Assembly (NCBI GenBank): GCA_044375625.1 | Contig: JBILMH010000002.1 | Span: forward strand, 5,277-69,276 | Reading direction: 5' to 3' | DNA from: Alphaproteobacteria bacterium | GTDB lineage: Bacteria > Pseudomonadota > Alphaproteobacteria > CAISOG01 | Length of the DNA: 64,000 bases | Shown: positions 59,766 through 64,000 of the stretch, one piece after another | Numbering within the stretch: the stretch's first letter is position 1 | Layout: each line of letters begins with the position of its first letter | Notes under the pieces: model-generated | What the model saw: the letters and a program-made list of their open reading frames with translations, nothing else | What the model was told of the DNA's origin: nothing | Database searches by the model: none | Made by a program: the position numbers and the translations under genes

Positions 59766-61651
59766 CCAACCCAAACCTATCCGAAACGTCACGCAGCCGT
59801 CTAGCCGCCTTAGCCCTAGGCGCGTTGGGTGTCGTGTATGGCGATTTGGGAACCAGCCCCATCTATGCGTTTCGTGAGGCGATTCAGGCCACCGCGCAGG
59901 GCGGGGTCAACCGCGCCGAAGTGTTGGGCATCCTGTCCCTAATTCTGTGGGCGCTGACCCTGGTGGTGACAATAAAATATGTGTTGGTCATCATGCGGAT
60001 GGATAATAAGGGTGAGGGCGGCAACCTGGCACTGATGGCCTTGGCGGAACGTGCGCTGCAAAAAAGGCCGCCCTTTTTGCTGGCGATTGGCATTTTTGGT
60101 GCGGCAATGTTCTATGGCGATGCCGCCCTGACCCCCGCCATTTCCGTGTTGTCCGCGGTGGAGGGGTTAAAGGTGGCCGCGCCAGATCTTAACCACGCTA
60201 TCATTCTGCCCATCTCGATCGTGATTATCGGTGCTTTGTTTGCGGTACAATCCTATGGCACGGGTCGCATGGGGGCGTGGTTTGGCCCGATTATCAGCGT
60301 TTGGTTTCTGGTCTTGGGCGCGCTGGGTCTGGTGCATTTGTCCAGCAACCTGGATGTGTTGAACGCGTTTAACCCGCTTTATGGCATTCGATTTTTGGCG
60401 GAGCATGGCGCCAAATCCCTGGTCGTGCTGGGGCTGGTGTTTTTGACCCTGACCGGGGCGGAGGCGTTGTACGCCGACATGGGGCATTTTGGCCGCAAGG
60501 CGATCAGCGCCACCTGGTTCAGCCTGGTTTTTCCCGCCCTAGCCCTGAACTACTTAGGCCAGGGCGCGTTGGTGCTGAACAATCCAGCGGCGATAGAGAG
60601 CCCATTCTTTATGATGGCGCCCGACTGGTTCATTTGGCCATTCGTGCTGCTGACCATGCTGGCGACGATTATTGCCAGCCAGTCGATTATCAGTGGCGCC
60701 TTTTCCCTGACGCGACAGGCTATTCAGCTGGGTCTGCTGCCCCGCCTGGAAATACGCTTCACGAATAAGGAGCAGGAGGGGCAGATTTACGTTCCCGCCA
60801 TCAGCAAGCTGTTGTTGGTGGCGGTGTTGGTGCTGGTGGTCAGCTTTGAAAGCTCGAAACATTTGGCCTCGGCCTATGGCGTATCGGTGACGGGTGCCAT
60901 GGTGGCCACCACCGTGTTGGCCTTTGTGGTGTTGCGGTCGCAATTGGGGTGGAGTGTTCCCAAGGTTCTGATGCTGATTGCGCCGTTAGTGGCCATTGAG
61001 CTGATTTTCCTGTGGGCGAATCTGTTAAAAATCCTGGAGGGGGGGTGGTTCCCCCTGCTGCTAAGTTCTGGCCTGATGGTGTTGATGCAAACCTGGAGCC
61101 GTGGTCGGGATATCCTGTCAATTAAGATGCAGCAGGAATCGATGACCATGGTTGGCTTTTTGAATCAGCTAAAGGCGTCGCCGCCGCTGCGGGTTTCTGG
61201 GATGGCGGTCTATCTGACCTCTGAGCCGGATCAGGTGCCGATGGCCTTGCTGCACAACCTTAAGCATAACCACGTGCTGCATCAAAAAAATCTGATTGTT
61301 TCGGTGCATACCGCCGACACTCCCTATGTCGACAATCATGACCGACTAAGGCTTGTGCGGCTGAATGACGATTTTGATCATTGCGCGCTGCATTATGGCT
61401 TTATCGAAATGCCCGATGTGCCCAAAACGCTGGAAAGCTATTATCAAACCGCTGAGGGTCAGGGGTTGGATTTGGCGACCACCTCATTCTTCCTGGGCAA
61501 ACGCACGATATTGCCATCGCCCCAGGGCGGCATGCCGCTGTGGCAGGACAAGCTATTTGTGTTTTTGTCGCGCATTGCCAACAACCCCGCCGACTTTTTT
61601 AAGATTCCTAAGGAAAATACCGTCGAAATCGGATCCCAAATCGTGGTTTAG
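59762..61651 (+). CDS. kup: KUP/HAK/KT potassium uptake transporter (start ATG 59762, overlapping the hemH stop)
   Basis: GVVYGDLGTSPIYAF signature, 12 TM plus cytoplasmic C-domain. Confidence 0.9.
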   Translation: MTNPNLSETSRSRLAALALGALGVVYGDLGTSPIYAFREAIQATAQGGVNRAEVLGILSLILWALTLVVTIKYVLVIMRMDNKGEGGNLALMALAERALQKRPPFLLAIGIFGAAMFYGDAALTPAISVLSAVEGLKVAAPDLNHAIILPISIVIIGALFAVQSYGTGRMGAWFGPIISVWFLVLGALGLVHLSSNLDVLNAFNPLYGIRFLAEHGAKSLVVLGLVFLTLTGAEALYADMGHFGRKAISATWFSLVFPALALNYLGQGALVLNNPAAIESPFFMMAPDWFIWPFVLLTMLATIIASQSIISGAFSLTRQAIQLGLLPRLEIRFTNKEQEGQIYVPAISKLLLVAVLVLVVSFESSKHLASAYGVSVTGAMVATTVLAFVVLRSQLGWSVPKVLMLIAPLVAIELIFLWANLLKILEGGWFPLLLSSGLMVLMQTWSRGRDILSIKMQQESMTMVGFLNQLKASPPLRVSGMAVYLTSEPDQVPMALLHNLKHNHVLHQKNLIVSVHTADTPYVDNHDRLRLVRLNDDFDHCALHYGFIEMPDVPKTLESYYQTAEGQGLDLATTSFFLGKRTILPSPQGGMPLWQDKLFVFLSRIANNPADFFKIPKENTVEIGSQIVV

Positions 61652-61915
61652 ATTGTCGGTGCGGTGGGGGAGCTGGAAAAAGCGCCACAACCAAGCCCCC
61701 CCCCCACCGTTGGGCTGTCGCCCACCGAATTCCCCGCAGGGGTGGAGGGGATGACTCCCCCGCCCTTATTGGGTGCGGGGGCGGCGAACGCAAAAAACCC
61801 AGTCAGCGGGTGGTTGTATGACAACCCCACCATTCTTTTGCCATTTTTTTGCCTAAATTATTTTGCCGCACGATAATTTTATCCATTTTATACACCATTT
61901 TACTAAAAAAACATA

Positions 61916-61981
61916 TTGACATAGTTTTTGTTTTTTATAATATGAATTTATTAAAACTTTATAACAAATTGAGGCTTTATT
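61916..61981 (+). promoter_or_regulatory. Sigma70-like promoter plus RBS
   Basis: TTGACA / TATAAT (or TAATAT with 16-nt spacer), GAGG before ATG 61982. Confidence 0.4.
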
Positions 61982-62698
61982 ATGGGAATTTTAGACCTTT
62001 TTGCTCGTTCCGTTGATAAGATTAGTAGACTGGCAGAAAACCCAACTCGTGAAAGTTTTAATCTAGTTCTATTAGCTAATGTTATTCGAAAAACCATAGA
62101 ATTATTGTGTAATAATAATTATTCTCCTGCAAGTGGTAAATTTATTCTTCCAGCTAGTATTCCTCTGTCTCAAGAAAACACAGGAGATTATCTTGAAGGC
62201 GATTTTTTGGTAGTGCCTACGCAAGCACTTGAACCTGTCATTCAATTTTTTAAGCTTTTGTCTGAATCCACGCCTAGTGAAATAATTGCAATTGCACAAG
62301 AAGGCACTGGAAGGCTATGCCTGACAGCAGCCGAATTGGCGTGCGGTTTAGCAGAGGTTTATAATGCAAGACTTACCGCTGGACTATGCGAATATCGAGA
62401 ACAATATCCAGATAGCTTTGGTGTAACAACCCTTAAGTTATCAAGAGAAAAAAGTTTTTTTGCTTATTTGTTAGGGGTTGGCGATGTAGTAATTCCATCA
62501 ATTACACCATTACCACTTACTCCAGCAACATATTTTGATGAAATCAAACCCTTACTTAGCGACAACGATGGGCTTGAGATAGCACTGGGGGTTAATGGTG
62601 TTGCTGAACGACTCAGAATTGAAGATTTGCTTTCTCCGTATCCAAGGCGTGATTTGGGAACCTATGTCGTTACCGTTTTTCCTAGAACATCAAGATAG
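61982..62698 (+). CDS. ORFan protein (238 aa) in AT-rich islet
   Basis: Near-consensus promoter TTGACA (61916-61921) ... TATAAT (61936-61941), GAGG RBS, low GC. No recognisable domain. Confidence 0.45.
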   Translation: MGILDLFARSVDKISRLAENPTRESFNLVLLANVIRKTIELLCNNNYSPASGKFILPASIPLSQENTGDYLEGDFLVVPTQALEPVIQFFKLLSESTPSEIIAIAQEGTGRLCLTAAELACGLAEVYNARLTAGLCEYREQYPDSFGVTTLKLSREKSFFAYLLGVGDVVIPSITPLPLTPATYFDEIKPLLSDNDGLEIALGVNGVAERLRIEDLLSPYPRRDLGTYVVTVFPRTSR

Positions 62699-62813
62699 GT
62701 TTTTGCAAAAGAAAGCTGATAACTTTTACACGGTCGTTGCCATCTTCCGCCTAAATAATTTTTTTGCACGACAATTTTATTCATTTTATATGGTATTTTT
62801 TCAAAAAAAGATG

Positions 62814-62883
62814 TTGACAATATTATTTAATTTTTTTATAAAATATTTTATCGTACAAAATTCAATCTTTGAAAGGATTAAAA
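62814..62883 (+). promoter_or_regulatory. Sigma70-like promoter plus RBS
   Basis: TTGACA-17 nt-TATAAA, AGGA 8 nt before ATG 62884. Confidence 0.4.
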
Positions 62884-63363
62884 ATGACAAATGGCGTTTT
62901 GTTGGTTGTAACCAAAGCTGGTTTTGCAAACACAGATGAGCTTCTTCCCGTTGATGGGCTTCTGGAACAGCTTGAGACTGATTTTAGCTCAACAAAAAAC
63001 CTGGTTGTTGTTGACAACGGTAGCGCCGCTGCAAATTATTATCGTGGACAAATTCATGCCCTTACACGTCCAGAAGGATCGAACCCAGAAGTAATTAATC
63101 AAGATACATTTACTGCCTTTAGCGCTGTAGCTCGTACAGTTCGCCATAGCCTTCAATTTAATGACACATCAGTTGTGGTTATCGCATCGCCAACACAGGC
63201 TGGAATCATTCAATCCTCTTTAGGTTTATCCAGGCTTGCAAGCGACTTTACTGAAAATAAAGCCTATTATTTTTCGGCCTCACCTCACCAAGACAACACT
63301 AGGCCAGATGCATACGTTCTTACCGCCGTTTATGATAGCAAAGAACTGCAGAGGATGCAGTAA
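62884..63363 (+). CDS. ORFan protein (160 aa) in AT-rich islet (start ATG 62884)
   Basis: TTGACA (62814-62819), 17-nt spacer, TATAAA (62837-62842), AGGA RBS. No recognisable domain. Confidence 0.4.
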   Translation: MTNGVLLVVTKAGFANTDELLPVDGLLEQLETDFSSTKNLVVVDNGSAAANYYRGQIHALTRPEGSNPEVINQDTFTAFSAVARTVRHSLQFNDTSVVVIASPTQAGIIQSSLGLSRLASDFTENKAYYFSASPHQDNTRPDAYVLTAVYDSKELQRMQ

Positions 63364-63479
63364 TTTTTAAGGAAAGATATTTCTAGACACCACCACCCCC
63401 TTGTCATTTGGCGGCGGCTGCGCCACATTGGTTAACGGTTATTTGTTCATCCGTTTCCTGAATGTTCCAAAGGTTGTCG

Positions 63480-64000
63480 ATGCGTATCGTCCTTAATCTT
63501 GCTGATGTCACCCGATTGATTCCCCGATCCCTGCTAAATCTGGGGCTGGTTTTGGCGGCGTTATCCCTTAGCCCGCAAGGGGCGATGGCTGGCCCGGGCG
63601 AAAGCTTTGCCCCGCTGGTGGAAAATTTGTTGCCCGCGGTCGTCAACATTTCAACCGTTCAAAACGCCAAAGACCTGCGAAGCCAGGCCGATCCGCAGCA
63701 GCAGGTGTTGCCCCCCATGCCGTTTCCCCCTGGTTCGCCCTTTGAGGAGCTGTTTCGCAACTTTTTTGATCAGCAGCAACAGCGGCAACAGCGCCCCGTC
63801 AATTCCCTTGGATCAGGCTTTATCATTGACCCCAGCGGCATTGTGGTGACCAACAACCATGTGATTGCCGATGCCGATGTCATTAATGTCACCCTGCAGG
63901 ACAACACATCGCTTAAGGCTGAAATTATTGGCCGCGACAAAAAGATTGATTTGGCGGTGTTAAAGGTTAAATCCGATAAGCCGCTGCCCTTTGTGCGGTG
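63480..64000 (+). CDS. Periplasmic serine endoprotease DegP/HtrA (Do family), 3'-truncated by the window end
   Basis: Signal peptide, GSGFIIDPSGIVVTNNHV (catalytic His), DLAVLKV (catalytic Asp). The frame is open to position 64000. Confidence 0.75.
   Translation, partial: MRIVLNLADVTRLIPRSLLNLGLVLAALSLSPQGAMAGPGESFAPLVENLLPAVVNISTVQNAKDLRSQADPQQQVLPPMPFPPGSPFEELFRNFFDQQQQRQQRPVNSLGSGFIIDPSGIVVTNNHVIADADVINVTLQDNTSLKAEIIGRDKKIDLAVLKVKSDKPLPFVR

Noticed and set aside
61660-61800. GC-rich segment after kup with several short stems (CCCCGCAGGGG, CCCCCGCCC...GGGTGCGGGGG), considered as a terminator or REP element
   Set aside because: The stems are imperfect and not followed by a T-run. It is also partly covered by low-complexity ORFs. 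Left as a note within the ORFan-pair finding.

Overview
This 64-kb window is a high-GC chromosomal segment that looks alphaproteobacterial; I estimate about 60% GC by eye, not computed. It is dominated by housekeeping genes. These include a truncated complex I cluster (nuoC-D-E-F-G-H only), yidC-yidD, lptF-lptG-lptD-surA-rsmA, aroK-aroB, dapA, dapL, smpB, phaC, icd, fumC, accA, murB, hemH, kup, kefB, recO, gmk, mltG, slt, rnd, an Atm1-type ABC exporter, a XerC/D recombinase and tRNA-Ala(CGC). The most interesting signal is a set of four short AT-rich islets, roughly 35-40% GC against the ~60% background: 18300-18900, 29250-30100, 37420-38060 and 61860-63400. Each carries ORFan genes with near-consensus sigma70 promoters (TTGACA -35 boxes) and good Shine-Dalgarno sites. 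Two of the ORFans (37599..38048, and the stop-interrupted pair 18398..18880) are recognisably paralogous at both protein and DNA level. One islet sits beside a HEPN/MNT (HI0074/HI0073-like) toxin-antitoxin pair and a stand-alone fused TrpE(G)/PhzE-like enzyme. It also interrupts the otherwise conserved rnpA-yidD-yidC synteny. Other notable items are a proline-rich tandem-repeat OmpA-family protein, a TPR/sulfotransferase-like gene paired with a DUF898 gene, a pair of near-identical hairpins in an intergenic region, and widespread low-complexity insertions in housekeeping proteins. No CRISPR array, rRNA, transposase or prophage was seen. All functional calls rest on motif recognition by eye; no database search was run.
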